A stretch of 64,000 nucleotides of DNA. Origin: Nitrospirota bacterium (lineage in GTDB: Bacteria > Nitrospirota > UBA9217). A program made the position numbers and the translations under genes. Positions 41,343-51,725 of the stretch are shown in pieces. How positions within the stretch are numbered: position 1 is the stretch's first letter; each line of letters starts with the position of its first letter. The stretch covers positions 63,152 through 127,151 of the forward strand of contig CAWBNQ010000006.1 in assembly GCA_963790205.1 (NCBI GenBank), read 5' to 3'. The notes under the pieces were generated by a model. That model was not told the DNA's origin. It saw only the letters and a list, made by a program, of their open reading frames with translations, and ran no database searches.

Positions 41343-41906
41343 TCATTTTGAATAGAAAAACGATTCCTTCGGGCTTACGATATCAAGCGTATACAAACGT
41401 TCTTCATCATTAGGTCCATTTGAGAAAGAATCAAGTTCGACGATGTTCTTTCCAAAGTCGAAGTCAAGTATCGTTCTTTTTTTGTAAGCGCGAGTAGGAA
41501 ATTGATTAACCTGAACGCCCAAGCTTTTATTTTTGGCGGACAGATCGGAAAGAATCCTTCTAAGCGTGGCAAACAGTGTAGCTGTATTTTGGTCGAGGTA
41601 GGAGTGATTGCCAATTGTAATTGATTTCTTATCTGGAATCTTGATAAAGACTTCTTTCTTTGAATCTTTTATGGAATTCAGGATGATTGAATCATTGTTT
41701 GTTTTACAAGATACTGGATCTTTCCCGAGCTTGCTGATTTCCTGATATAAGGCCTCGATTGCCTCAATAGTTGCGTAATCAGAAGCTTGGATGATTTGAG
41801 GATATTCCTGGTCAGCAGGACGATAAGCGTCTTTCACGTCCGCTGAAAACGCGGTCGATGTCATTATCAAAATGACGGAAAATGTTATCAAAAAGATTCG
41901 CATCAT
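41343..41906 (-). CDS. Cassette hypothetical secreted protein
   Basis: AGGAG RBS after an attC, and a signal peptide. Confidence 0.7.
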   Translation of the reverse strand: MMRIFLITFSVILIMTSTAFSADVKDAYRPADQEYPQIIQASDYATIEAIEALYQEISKLGKDPVSCKTNNDSIILNSIKDSKKEVFIKIPDKKSITIGNHSYLDQNTATLFATLRRILSDLSAKNKSLGVQVNQFPTRAYKKRTILDFDFGKNIVELDSFSNGPNDEERLYTLDIVSPKESFFYSK

Positions 41907-41927
41907 CACTTCCAACTTCTCCTTTAT

Positions 41928-41980
41928 AGATAACGCCGCCGTGAGGGACCGTAAGGTTCCTCTCGACGGCGTTGTTAGAA
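41928..41980 (-). other. attC site
   Basis: AGATAAC-GCCGCCGTGAGGGACC...GGTTCCTCTCGACGGCGTT-GTTAGAA, 53 bp. Confidence 0.9.
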
Positions 41981-41991
41981 TCATTGGCCGT

Positions 41992-42579
41992 TCACTTGTC
42001 CGCCAAGGCGATCACTCCATCTTCCGGTTTATACATAAAAATGCCTTTGTCGTCCTTCTGGTAAAAATATGAAATATCTGTAATGTCTACTTCCTTGCCG
42101 GCGAACTGCCCATCTAGTATTTCTGTATACGGCGTAAGCGTTTCTACATGACCGTAAAACCAACTGATGCCTGTATGCTTGTCGAGACGACTCGTACGTA
42201 ATCTTGTGCCTTTTCTTACGACGCCCACTACGTCAATCGGATACTCATAGTCGCCGGATTTTACAATAGAGGCAGCCCGCGGATTCTTTTAGTATTCTGC
42301 GATAGTGCGCGGAGAACTTTCGTGGCGTCCGCAGCCCCTGTCAAGAGAAGCTTCGGGTACCAGTACATACCTTCCATGTGGCGCCATCCCCTGCGAAGAT
42401 TTCTGAAGAAAAATGTCTCTCAATAAGACGTAATTGCGTTGATACTTGTATTCGCCCCACAGCTCAGGTTTGTTGGAAACATTTGATGTGTAGTCACAAC
42501 CGGCAACAAGGATATTCATAGCCAGCACGAGAATAGTTATGAATTTGGTGGAGATGAATGATTTGAGGAAGCGTGTCAT
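41992..42579 (-). pseudogene. Cassette lipoprotein with an in-frame TAA at 42289-42291
   Basis: Lipobox VAGC. ORFs 42289-42579 and 41992-42228 share a frame (..AEY*KNPR..). Confidence 0.65.
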
Positions 42580-43079
42580 AAGAACTCCAAACTAACGCGC
42601 GCCTGACGCGCCGCATGGCGCTTCCAGTCCACGGCCCGGCACTAATTGACAGTGCTTGTCCTAGACCAACAAGAATGATAGGTATTGAGCTAAGAAGCGT
42701 AGACATCATCCTGTTGCTAATCCTCGTTTTCTCGGCCATAGATAGTTCTCACTTGAAAAAGAATGAAACTAATGTTAAGGCTTCTTTCTGAACGCTTTAT
42801 TCAGAAAGAAGCTGGTTGGACTAAGCCGTTGCGCGCCACGTCGCTATGGGATTTCAAATGATTTGTCAGCTTAAAACGAAGTCCGCGGAGACAGCATTGG
42901 CAGGGGCGTGAGACTTGTTCGGGTGAAAAGCGGCGATTCCGGACTGCTCCGCAAGCCCCTTTCGTAAAAGACTATACAGGAAAAAGGGCTTTTGGGCAAT
43001 AGGGTATCGTTGCGAAAGACGTGACTTTTTTCGGGGATGGATGTCGGAGTCGGGTTGTTCATTTCAGTGCTTGTGGTAA

Positions 43080-44273
43080 TCATATTCGCGGCGGTCCTTT
43101 GCAGCGCGCGGGCTGCATGATCTCGATTGTGCGCATTCTGCGTTCGCCGCAGGCAGGGCATTTGGCCACGTCAATGCCGGCGATCCTGAGCAAAGCTTCC
43201 TGCCACGTCTCAGTCTTCTGCTCCGCCTCGTTCTGATCAACGCAGGCCAGAAGCTCTCTGCATTGGTCGAGTTTCTTTCTGCGGCATCTGTTTCCCAACA
43301 GACCGTAATGCCTGATTTTGACAAACCGGTCGGGCAGGACATGAAGCAGGAACCGCCGGATGAACTCATCGGCGTCCACGGTCATGATCTTGCTTTTGTT
43401 GCTGTCCGCGTAGTCGCGCCACCGGAAGGAGATCTTGTCGTCCATCATCTTCACGAGCCGGTGATTGCTGATCGCGATACGGTGGGTGTATCTGCCGAGA
43501 TACTCAAGAACGCCTTTTGTTCCGTCGAACGGCGGCTTACAATAGACGACCCACTGCTTCTTGTACAAATCGGCGATGAAGGCCTTGAAAACTCCCGGCG
43601 ACGCAAGATGGCTTACGACGCCGGGGTAGACAAGTTTGTTCTCGGCACGGAGTTTTTTCAGATAAGCGAGAAACTTCCCCCGAAAGAGTTTCGACATGAC
43701 CTTGACGGGAAGGAAAAAGCCATTCTTGCATGATTTCCATTTCCGTCCGCCCTTGGACAATCCGCCGCCGGTGACGATGTTGTGGAGATGCGGATGATCC
43801 ATAAGGTTCTGTCCCCAGGTGTGCAGGATCGAGATAAAACCGATTTCCGCGCCCAAGTGTTTCTGCGTATTCGAGAGTTCCGTCAGGGTTTCCGAAACGG
43901 CCTTGAACAGGATCCCGTAGAGGGCCTCCTGGTTCCGGAGCACAAGGGGATTGAGTTTATCGGGGATGGTAAAAACGACATGGAAGTAAGGAATGGGAAG
44001 CAGGTCTTCTTCCCGGGCCTCGATCCACTGCTCTTTTTTAAGGAACTGGCACTTGGGGCAATGCCGGTTTCTGCAGGAGTTGTACGAGATCACTTTTGTC
44101 CCGCAGTGCTCGCATTCGTCCACGTGACCGCCTTGGTCGGCGGTGCGGCAGGTCTCGATCGCCCGCATGGCGCGAAGACGATTCAAGGGCATGGGATGAG
44201 CGTTCCGGTAAAGAGGACCGTACCGGCGAAAGATGTCCGCGACTTCGATCTGTAGGCTATCTCGCGTGTACAC
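43080..44273 (-). CDS. IS91-family (Y2 HUH) transposase with Zn-binding domain
   Basis: CRT..C..C..YNSCRNRHCPKC, YFHVVFT, HTWG..HPHLH, YLGRYTHR and IRHYGLL motifs. Confidence 0.93.
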   Translation of the reverse strand: MYTRDSLQIEVADIFRRYGPLYRNAHPMPLNRLRAMRAIETCRTADQGGHVDECEHCGTKVISYNSCRNRHCPKCQFLKKEQWIEAREEDLLPIPYFHVVFTIPDKLNPLVLRNQEALYGILFKAVSETLTELSNTQKHLGAEIGFISILHTWGQNLMDHPHLHNIVTGGGLSKGGRKWKSCKNGFFLPVKVMSKLFRGKFLAYLKKLRAENKLVYPGVVSHLASPGVFKAFIADLYKKQWVVYCKPPFDGTKGVLEYLGRYTHRIAISNHRLVKMMDDKISFRWRDYADSNKSKIMTVDADEFIRRFLLHVLPDRFVKIRHYGLLGNRCRRKKLDQCRELLACVDQNEAEQKTETWQEALLRIAGIDVAKCPACGERRMRTIEIMQPARCKGPPRI

Positions 44274-44294
44274 CGCGGGTGTCGCGTGTGCAGG

Positions 44295-45152
44295 CTACGA
44301 GGTTTGTGGAGGATTTAAGAAGGGGCCTAAGTCCAGAGGGCTCACGATCTTTGAGAGGTTCTTTTTGCTCACGTGGAGATAAATAGTGGTCGTTCTCACC
44401 GACGCATGGCCGAGCAGAAGCTGAATATAGTGCAGATCAGCTCCCGACTCCAGCAGGTGTGTGGCGAAGCTATGCCGAAGCGTGTGACAACTTGCCGGCT
44501 TCGTGATGCCGGCTTTTTTCTTCGCGCGTTTGAACGCCTCTTGGACGGTGCTAATGGAAATGTAGTTTTCAGGCTTTTCTCCCGGAAAGAGCCAATGCGT
44601 CGGTCTATATTCTTTCCAGTATTCCCGAAGCGCTTCCAGCGCTACCTGGGATAAAAGGGTATACCGGTCTTTTTTGCCTTTGCCCTGGTCCACGCGTATC
44701 AGCATACGGCTGCTGTCGATGTCCGTGATCTTGAGCCGGGCGGTCTCGCTCGCCCGGAGCCCTGCCGAGTAGGTCACCATCAGCATCACGCGCTGCTTCA
44801 GGCTGGGAGTGGCTTCGAACATGGCCTGTACCTCCTCCCGTTCGAGAACGATAGGAAGTGTCTTGGTCGTCTTCGGATAGGGAATCTTGTCCATCACCCA
44901 ACCTTTGCCCAGCGTCGTTTCATAGAGGAACCGCAGCGCGCTGTAAGTTATCTTCAGGGTGGATAGCGATACCTTCTTATCCCGGACGAGGTAAAGCAGA
45001 TACGCTTTGACATCGCCGTCTTCCAAAAGGTCGGGCGGTTTTTTAAAATGGCGTTCCATATCGCGCGCCGCCCGGTGATACAATGATTGCGTCTTCGGGG
45101 CTAATCCTCGAAGCACCATGTCGCCCTGCATCTGTTCTTTGAACGTTTCCAT
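44295..45152 (-). CDS. Tyrosine recombinase (XerD/phage integrase family)
   Basis: YSAGLR, GKGKKDR, HTLRHSFATHLLE and LLGH..TTIY motifs. Confidence 0.93.
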   Translation of the reverse strand: METFKEQMQGDMVLRGLAPKTQSLYHRAARDMERHFKKPPDLLEDGDVKAYLLYLVRDKKVSLSTLKITYSALRFLYETTLGKGWVMDKIPYPKTTKTLPIVLEREEVQAMFEATPSLKQRVMLMVTYSAGLRASETARLKITDIDSSRMLIRVDQGKGKKDRYTLLSQVALEALREYWKEYRPTHWLFPGEKPENYISISTVQEAFKRAKKKAGITKPASCHTLRHSFATHLLESGADLHYIQLLLGHASVRTTTIYLHVSKKNLSKIVSPLDLGPFLNPPQTS

Positions 45153-45338
45153 TGCATAATCTCCTTCCGTTGAATCGAAATTCCAACGGCATGACGCCGA
45201 TGGTGATGCGAAAGAAGATTGTAGAACGGTCAGGATTATGAAGCAAGGAGCGAGACGAAGAAAATCTATCGAGATATGCGGGGATGAATTGTAGAGAGAC
45301 TTATTGGAATGCGAATAACACCGCCGCGCAGCGGCTTA

Positions 45339-45395
45339 GTTCAACAAGGAATTGTGTAGCCCCCTCTATAATTCTGGATTTCCGGAATTATAGAG
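45339..45395 (-). promoter_or_regulatory. Putative attI region with adjacent palindrome
   Basis: Minus-strand GTTGAAC core at 45339-45345 upstream of intI, next to the palindrome CTCTATAATTC..GAATTATAGAG (45364-45395). Confidence 0.5.
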
Positions 45396-45631
45396 TTTAG
45401 CAAAATACATGCCGTTTTGAGACTGCTGCATTCATTGCTTTTATTATGTTTTCAAGCACATCACGTACGAAAAATCCTAAAATATCCATCGTTTTTCCGC
45501 TCATAGGGGGAGTATATTTTATGCCTATACGCATGTCAAGATAATAAAAGTAATTGACCATTCAGTGGAATTCGATAAAATATGCCGGAATTTGGGTGCT
45601 CTATGCGAAAGCGAGGTTTACTCACTATCCT

Positions 45632-47233
45632 ATGGAACCTATCCCGAAAGATCTTCTCGTCCAATTTGACGACATTCTCAAGCAGCGGAATGTTCCCCTC
45701 TCCTCACACTCGGATTACCGGAAGTGGTTGCGATATTTTCTCGACTATCGCGCAAAATATTCGCCGCCCGATGCCAAGACCGATCAAGTGAGGCTGTTCG
45801 CCGAAAAGCTGCGGTCCAAGAATCAAACTGCGAAGCAACTGGAAGAGGCGGCGGATGCCGTTTCGCTCTTATTCGCGTTGCAGCAACGAAAGGATAAAGA
45901 GCCGGAAAAACAAGACATCGGGGAAACGGTACTCAAACAAACCCATCCCGAACTTAATTCTCCCCTTGGAGAGGAGGAAACCGGCAAATCGGAGAACATG
46001 CCGATTACTGGAGAAACCCGTGCTCAGAATGAACCCGGCATTGAATCTTCTTCGGCAGCATCTTTCGGGCCTTTTGCTCCCCGTTCAAGAGGGGGAAATC
46101 GCTATGATGAATGGCGCTGCCTGAGGAAAACCGAGTCTCCTGCCTGGGACAAAGTTATTGCAGACCTTGCGGCGGAGATTAACGGGCTGTTGCCCAAATC
46201 ACTTTGCGCCCAAAATGTCATTCTGAGCGCAGCGAAGAATCTCGCATTTACAATATGATTGCAGACCCTTCACTTTGCTCAGGGTGACAAAAAATAGTTT
46301 GGGCAACAGCCCCTTAAGCTGCGACACCTTGCGCGGAATACGCTGAAAGCGTATGCGAACTGGATCCGAAAGTTCCAAAACTACCTGAAAAACAAACCGC
46401 CGGACACTTTGTCACCGGTAGAGGTGAAGGCGTATCTTACCTATCTGGCTGTGGACTGCAAGGTGTCCTCCAGTCACCAGGACCAGGCGTTTAACGCTTT
46501 GCTGTTTCTGTACCGGCATGTTCTTAAACAGGATTTTGGAATTCTCAAAGACATTCCCCGCGCGAAAAAATCGAATTACATCCCCGTGGTCCTTTCCCGT
46601 CAGGAAATCGACGCCATTCTGGGGCATCTCTCGTATCCCTACAAGCTCATCGCTCAGCTCCAGTACGGCTGCGGACTTCGCGTCACTGAAAGCGTTACCC
46701 TGCGCGCAAAGGATTTTAATTTTGACGCCGGGATACTCACGGTCCGCGGGAAAGGCAATAAAACCCGCACCGTGCCCATCCCTAAAAAGATAACGCCGGA
46801 ACTACTGGCCCAAATGGAAGCTGTAAAAAAACTTCATGACAAGGACATGGAGGCGGGGTTCGCGGGAGTGTTTCTTGACGATCAGCTTGAAAAGAAGTAT
46901 CCAAGGGCCGCGAAGGAGCTTGTCTGGCAATGGTTTATGCCGCAAGAGTCCTTGACGTTCGTTGCTGAGACGAAGGAACGGCGGCGGTATCATATTCATA
47001 AAACGCATGTTCAGGATGCGCTGTATGCAGCAGTCAGGAAAACCAGGCTCACGAAACGCGTCACCCCTCACACCTTCCGCCATTGTTATGCAACGCACCT
47101 GCTTCAGGCAGGCTATGACCTTCGCACGATCCAGACGCTCCTCGGCCACGCGGACATCAGGACGACGATGATCTATCTGCACTGTATCCCGGGCAAACCA
47201 GAGAAAGAGGTAATGAGCCCGCTGGATTTCTGA
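45632..47233 (+). pseudogene. intI: Integron integrase (long N-terminal form) interrupted by a MITE
   Basis: Removing 135 bp restores EIKLRHLARNTLKAYANWIRKF. QAFNALLFLY, YGCGLR, the IntI patch KYPRAAKELVWQWFMP..RRRYH and HTFRHCYATHLL are present. Confidence 0.9.
46183..46313. mobile_element. 131-bp MITE with 15-bp perfect IR and TTAA target duplication
   Basis: TTAA 46179-46182, GGGCTGTTGCCCAAA ... TTTGGGCAACAGCCC, TTAA 46314-46317. Confidence 0.88.
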
Positions 47234-47418
47234 TCAGAACAAACAGCTTGAACCGCGAAGGCGCTAGGGACGCCAGGAAAGCAAAATAAGTTTGAGGTTT
47301 AAGTCGGATGACGGTGGTTTCCTCGCGACCTTTGCGGCCTGGCGGTAAAGTAAGTCATAGCACGTTTCGTTCAATCCTTCCACTTTTCGTTTGACCCTGC
47401 CACTATAAATGAATTATC

Positions 47419-49122
47419 ATGCTTCCCATGCATTCCTGGCACGGTAAAGCGCTGTACATCGACCTTTCTGCGCGGAAGACGTGGACTGAGAACCTCTCCG
47501 AAGAATTCCTGGCTCGGCACCTCGGCGGCAGGGGGCTCGGGGTTGCGCTGATGAAGGATTTCTTCAGGCTCGACCCTTATGATCCCCGCATGCCTCTGAT
47601 CTTCGCTGTCGGTCCGCTCTGCGGCACGCCGGCCCCGGCTTCGTCGCGCATGTCCGTGGTGTCCCGCTCTCCGCTCACGGGCACGATAACGGATTCATCG
47701 GTGGGCGGATCGTTACCGATAAAGCTGAAAAGCGCGGGTTACGATTGTCTCGTGGTTATTGGCAAGGCGTCATCGCCGGTCTATGTTTCTTTCAAGGACG
47801 ATGAGGTCCGGATCAAGGACGCGTCACATCTCTGGGGCAAGGGCTGCCAGGAAACGAACGCGCTGCTCGGGCCGGAGGGAACTTCCGCCTGCATCGGCCC
47901 AGCGGGGGAGCGGCTCGTCCGTTTTGCGAACATCATGATCGGCGAGGCGAATTCCGCGGGCCGCGGAGGGCTCGGCGCGGTCATGGGCGCTAAGAACCTC
48001 AAGGCAATCGTGGGGGAGGGGTCGAAGAAAGTCACGCTATCGGATTCCTCGGCGTTCAGGAAGGCGCAGGACGACGTGATGCGGCTCTTGCGCGCTTCTC
48101 CCGTGGTCATGGGGGAGCTGGGGCTGGGTGAATACGGGACCGCAACGCTCGTTGACATCGTGGGCCAGAGAAAGATGGCGCCCACGGAAAATTTCAAGAA
48201 GACCTTCTTCCCGGAGGCAAAGGCGTACTCCGGGCCGAGCTTAAAGAAAGAATTCGGCTTCAAGAAGCATGGCTGCGCGGCCTGTCCCATCCAGTGCAAG
48301 AAGGAAACGTCCTGCGGCAGGCCCGTGCCCGAGTACGAGACGCTTTCGCATTTCGGCGCTTTGAACGCGAACTCGGATGCGGAGTCCATTGTCAAGGCGA
48401 ACCTTCTGTGCAACAATTTCGGCATGGACACCATCTCGGCTGCTTCGACCTTTGCTGCGTATGGAGAGTCGCGCGGGAGATTCTTCACGGGCGATGAGAT
48501 CCTTGACATGCTCAGGAAGACGGCTTATCGCGAAGGAGAGGGGGACAAGATCGCGGAGGGCTCCAAGCGGCTTTGCGCGCTTCTCGGCAAGCCGCAATTC
48601 TCGATGAGCGTCAAAGGTCTCGAACTGCCGGCCTATGACCCGCGCGGCTCCTACGGCATTGCGCTTGCCTACGGAACGTCCACCCGCGGCGGGTGCCACC
48701 TCCGCGCCTATCCCATCAGCCAGGAGATCCTGAGAAAACCCGTTGCCGTGGACCGCTTCAGCTTCGACGGAAAAGCAAGGATGATCAAGATCGCGGAGGA
48801 CAACAACGCGATCGTGGACTCCCTTTCGATCTGCGCCTTCGCGTTCCTTGGGGCCTCGATCGAGGAGTACGCCCAGATGCTCGTCGCGGCAACGGGCATA
48901 CCCTTCACCGGGCAGGGCTTGATGAAAACCGGGGAAGAGATCATACTCGCGGAGCGGCGGTATAACAAGGAAAACGGTTTTACGATGGCTGACGACTTCC
49001 TGCCCGAGCGGTTCTACACCGAAGCCGGGACTTCCGGCGAAGGCATCAACATCCCTTTGATAGACAAAAAAAGGTTCACTGAGGAATTAGAGAAGTACTA
49101 CAGGATGAGGGGAGAAGGGTAA
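47419..49122 (+). CDS. Aldehyde:ferredoxin oxidoreductase family (W/Mo cofactor)
   Basis: LGGRGLG, SPLTG, IGPAGE, GRGGLGAVMGAKNLKA, CAACPIQC, GMDTIS and YDPR..RGGCH motifs. Confidence 0.93.
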   Translation: MLPMHSWHGKALYIDLSARKTWTENLSEEFLARHLGGRGLGVALMKDFFRLDPYDPRMPLIFAVGPLCGTPAPASSRMSVVSRSPLTGTITDSSVGGSLPIKLKSAGYDCLVVIGKASSPVYVSFKDDEVRIKDASHLWGKGCQETNALLGPEGTSACIGPAGERLVRFANIMIGEANSAGRGGLGAVMGAKNLKAIVGEGSKKVTLSDSSAFRKAQDDVMRLLRASPVVMGELGLGEYGTATLVDIVGQRKMAPTENFKKTFFPEAKAYSGPSLKKEFGFKKHGCAACPIQCKKETSCGRPVPEYETLSHFGALNANSDAESIVKANLLCNNFGMDTISAASTFAAYGESRGRFFTGDEILDMLRKTAYREGEGDKIAEGSKRLCALLGKPQFSMSVKGLELPAYDPRGSYGIALAYGTSTRGGCHLRAYPISQEILRKPVAVDRFSFDGKARMIKIAEDNNAIVDSLSICAFAFLGASIEEYAQMLVAATGIPFTGQGLMKTGEEIILAERRYNKENGFTMADDFLPERFYTEAGTSGEGINIPLIDKKRFTEELEKYYRMRGEG

Positions 49123-49136
49123 GACTTAAAAGCTGT

Positions 49137-49257
49137 CTCTCGCAAAGCTCGCAAAGGACGCAAAGGAGACCTTGAGTCGAATCTTTTTTTGGTTTAAAAC
49201 TAAAACCAAGCAGTAGCTTGATATTTTCTTGGCGTTCTTTGCGGGCTTTGCGAGAAA
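49137..49257. repeat. 9-bp periodic long palindrome between convergent genes
   Basis: TCTCGCAAAGCTCGCAAAGGACGCAAAG facing CTTGGCGTTCTTTGCGGGCTTTGCGAGA. Confidence 0.75.
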
Positions 49258-49278
49258 CCAGTTTTGGTTCTTATTGGT

Positions 49279-49929
49279 TTACGGATTTATCAGAAACTCT
49301 GCGCTCTTATCTTCCGGTCCTGTTACGAACACCCGCCTGCCTTTTACCGTCAATCTTCCTTCCGCATAAAGCTGTATGGCCCGCGAATAGATCTTGTGCT
49401 CCTGCTTCAGGATGCGCTCCGAGAGGCTGTCCTCGGTATCATTGTCCAGAACGGGCACCACGGCCTGGATGATGATCGGCCCGGTGTCCATTCCCTCATC
49501 CACGAAGTGTACGGTACAGCCCGAGAACTTCGCGCCGTGGTCGATGGCCTTTTTCTGAACGTGAAGGCCGGGGAACGCGGGGAGCAGGGAAGGGTGGATG
49601 TTCAGGATCCTGTTCGGGAATGATTTGATGAGTACTGGCGTGATGATCCGCATGAAGCCCGCGAGGCAGACGAGTTCCACGTTCCGTTTCTGAAGTTCCT
49701 TGACCAGCAGGGTGTCGTATTCGTCCCGTTTTCCCTTCAAGCCCCCGGCGCTTACGTGCACTGCCGGGATATTATGCTTCCGGGCGCGTTCGAGCGCATA
49801 AGCGTCGGCCTGGTCGCTGATCACCACGGCAAGCTCGGCTGAAAGCGTTCCCTTTGCGATGTTATCGATGATCGCCTGGAGGTTCGAGCCGCGGCCCGAG
49901 ACAAGGACGGCGAGTTTGGGTTTTCCCAT
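49279..49929 (-). CDS. purN: Phosphoribosylglycinamide formyltransferase
   Basis: SGRGSNLQA, LAGFMR, NIHPSLLP and GCTVHFV..DTGPII motifs. Confidence 0.96.
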   Translation of the reverse strand: MGKPKLAVLVSGRGSNLQAIIDNIAKGTLSAELAVVISDQADAYALERARKHNIPAVHVSAGGLKGKRDEYDTLLVKELQKRNVELVCLAGFMRIITPVLIKSFPNRILNIHPSLLPAFPGLHVQKKAIDHGAKFSGCTVHFVDEGMDTGPIIIQAVVPVLDNDTEDSLSERILKQEHKIYSRAIQLYAEGRLTVKGRRVFVTGPEDKSAEFLINP

Positions 49930-49993
49930 GAAAAACTCCGATAATTTACCGCAGAGACGCGGAGACAGCAGAGAATGGCAAATTCAAAGTCGT

Positions 49994-50119
49994 CTCTCGC
50001 GGAGCACGCAAAGGTCGCAAAGAAAAGCTGATAAATTAATTTTATTTAAAGAGTCGTTAAAGACAAAGCTAGGTTTTTTTTCTTTGGTTCCCTTGGCGTA
50101 CTTAGCGAGCTTTGCGAGA
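49994..50119. repeat. 9-bp periodic long palindrome between purM and purN
   Basis: CTCGCGGAGCACGCAAAGGTCGCAAAG facing CTTGGCGTACTTAGCGAGCTTTGCGAGA. Confidence 0.72.
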
Positions 50120-50127
50120 AATAGGTT

Positions 50128-51150
50128 TTAAGCGTACTTTACGACCTGCTTGCCCTTTACGACCTCGCCGATGTGATACGCTTTCTCACCGAGCTTTTTG
50201 GCCTTCTTCATCACTGCATCCGCCTGCTTCGCCGGCACCGCGAGGACCATGCCGATGCCCATGTTGAAGTCCCGGTACATCTCTTCATCATCCACGCCGG
50301 CCTTCTTCTGGATAAGTTTGAAGATGGGATGGATGTCCCAGGTCCCTTTGCGGATGAGGGCCGCCGTGCCTTTCGGGAGCATGCGGGGCGTGTTCTCGGT
50401 GATGCCGCCGCCGGTGATGTGCGCCATGCCGCGGATGTCGAATTCCTTCATCAGCGTAAGGGCGGTCTTTGCGTAGATCCTGGTCGGGGTCAGCAGCACC
50501 TCGCCCAGGGGCTTGCCGAGCTCGGACAGGACGTCGTTTATGCCGTATCCGGAGGCTTCGAGCAGGACCTTGCGCACCAGGGAATAGCCGTTGCTGTGCA
50601 GGCCCGACGAGGCGAGGCCGATGAGTTGGTCTCCCGGCTTGATCTTCGAGCCGTCGATGAGCTTTTTCTTTTCGACCACGCCCACGGCAAAGCCCGCGAG
50701 GTCGTATTCATCTTCACCGTAAAAAGAAGGCATTTCCGCGGTCTCGCCGCCGATGAGCGCGCAGCCCGACTGCCTGCAGCCCGCTGCGATGCCCTTGACG
50801 ATGTCGGAGTGTTCCCGCGGCTTGAGCCTGCCCGTGGCGAAGTAATCGAGGAAAAAGAGGGGTTCAGCGCCCTGGACGATGATGTCGTTGACGCACATGG
50901 CCACGAGGTCGATGCCCACCGTGTCATGCCTGTTGGTGAGGAAGGCTATCTTGAGCTTCGTGCCCACCCCGTCCGTGCCGGAGACCAGGACCGGGTCCTT
51001 ATACTTTTTGAGGGCAAAGAGCCCGCCGAAGCCGCCGATGTCGGTCAGGACCTCGGGCCTGAACGTGGCTTTTACGTAGGGTTTTATCTTTTGTACGAAG
51101 AGGTCCCCGGCGTCGATGTCGACGCCGGCGTCCTTATAGGTGATGGCCAT
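50128..51150 (-). CDS. purM: AIR synthetase
   Basis: [29 protein letters not shown] and HITGGG motifs. Confidence 0.97.
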   Translation of the reverse strand: MAITYKDAGVDIDAGDLFVQKIKPYVKATFRPEVLTDIGGFGGLFALKKYKDPVLVSGTDGVGTKLKIAFLTNRHDTVGIDLVAMCVNDIIVQGAEPLFFLDYFATGRLKPREHSDIVKGIAAGCRQSGCALIGGETAEMPSFYGEDEYDLAGFAVGVVEKKKLIDGSKIKPGDQLIGLASSGLHSNGYSLVRKVLLEASGYGINDVLSELGKPLGEVLLTPTRIYAKTALTLMKEFDIRGMAHITGGGITENTPRMLPKGTAALIRKGTWDIHPIFKLIQKKAGVDDEEMYRDFNMGIGMVLAVPAKQADAVMKKAKKLGEKAYHIGEVVKGKQVVKYA

Positions 51151-51260
51151 ACGGGTTCCCTTCTGAAATTTTCGACGATAGTACCTGTAACGGGCTATGG
51201 TGTCAATATGTTTTAACGGATTTTGAGCCTGCACAACAGGGCTGGATTTTTGCCTCGTTG

Positions 51261-51725
51261 TTATTTGACCTTCTTCTGGATATCCTGTACTGTGGGATTG
51301 TTCAGGAGCTTCATGAACTGCGGATTTGACGTGAGCGCGGCCACGTCGCCCGCCTGGACCGCTTTCATCACCCCCGGGTCTTGCAGGAGTTTTTTGAACT
51401 CGGGGTCGTCCTTGAGCGACTCGATCATTGCCATGACCTCCTTGTTGCTCATCATCTTTTCCTGGATGGCGGTTACCTCGCTGCCCGTTCCCGGCGCCGC
51501 GCTCACGGCGGGAGCTTTTGACCTCATGGCGCGTATCTTCGTTTCCTCCAGTTTGATCGTGCCGAGGCTGTCGGACTTGATCGTGTAGATGCCGTTCGAG
51601 AGGGACAGGACCTCGCCGGTGATCACGCTGCCGTCTCTCAGCTCGATCTCCCGTATTTCCCCGGCAGCGGCAGTGGCGATCAAGAGGACAAGGCTTAACA
51701 TGCTCGAGATTATGATGGATTTCAT
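51261..51725 (-). CDS. Hypothetical secreted protein with a DP/NP-rich (STI1-like) C-terminus
   Basis: Signal peptide, LRDGSVITG and DPEF..DP..NP repeats. Confidence 0.65.
   Translation of the reverse strand: MKSIIISSMLSLVLLIATAAAGEIREIELRDGSVITGEVLSLSNGIYTIKSDSLGTIKLEETKIRAMRSKAPAVSAAPGTGSEVTAIQEKMMSNKEVMAMIESLKDDPEFKKLLQDPGVMKAVQAGDVAALTSNPQFMKLLNNPTVQDIQKKVK

Larger units (their letters stand above)
42815..45345 (-). mobile_element. Tyrosine recombinase + IS91-type transposase element with 21-bp imperfect terminal IRs
   Basis: GTTGGACTAAGCCGTTGCGCG (42815-42835) matches the reverse complement of 45325-45345 at 19/21. Confidence 0.8.

Noticed and set aside
42494..42739. Intact 81-aa cassette gene
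   Set aside because: It runs through the half attC at 42590 into the next cassette and is more likely a deletion-truncated remnant.
46256..46258. Sec read-through in intI
   Set aside because: The TGA lies inside the MITE, a further in-frame stop follows, and there is no Cys-equivalent position.
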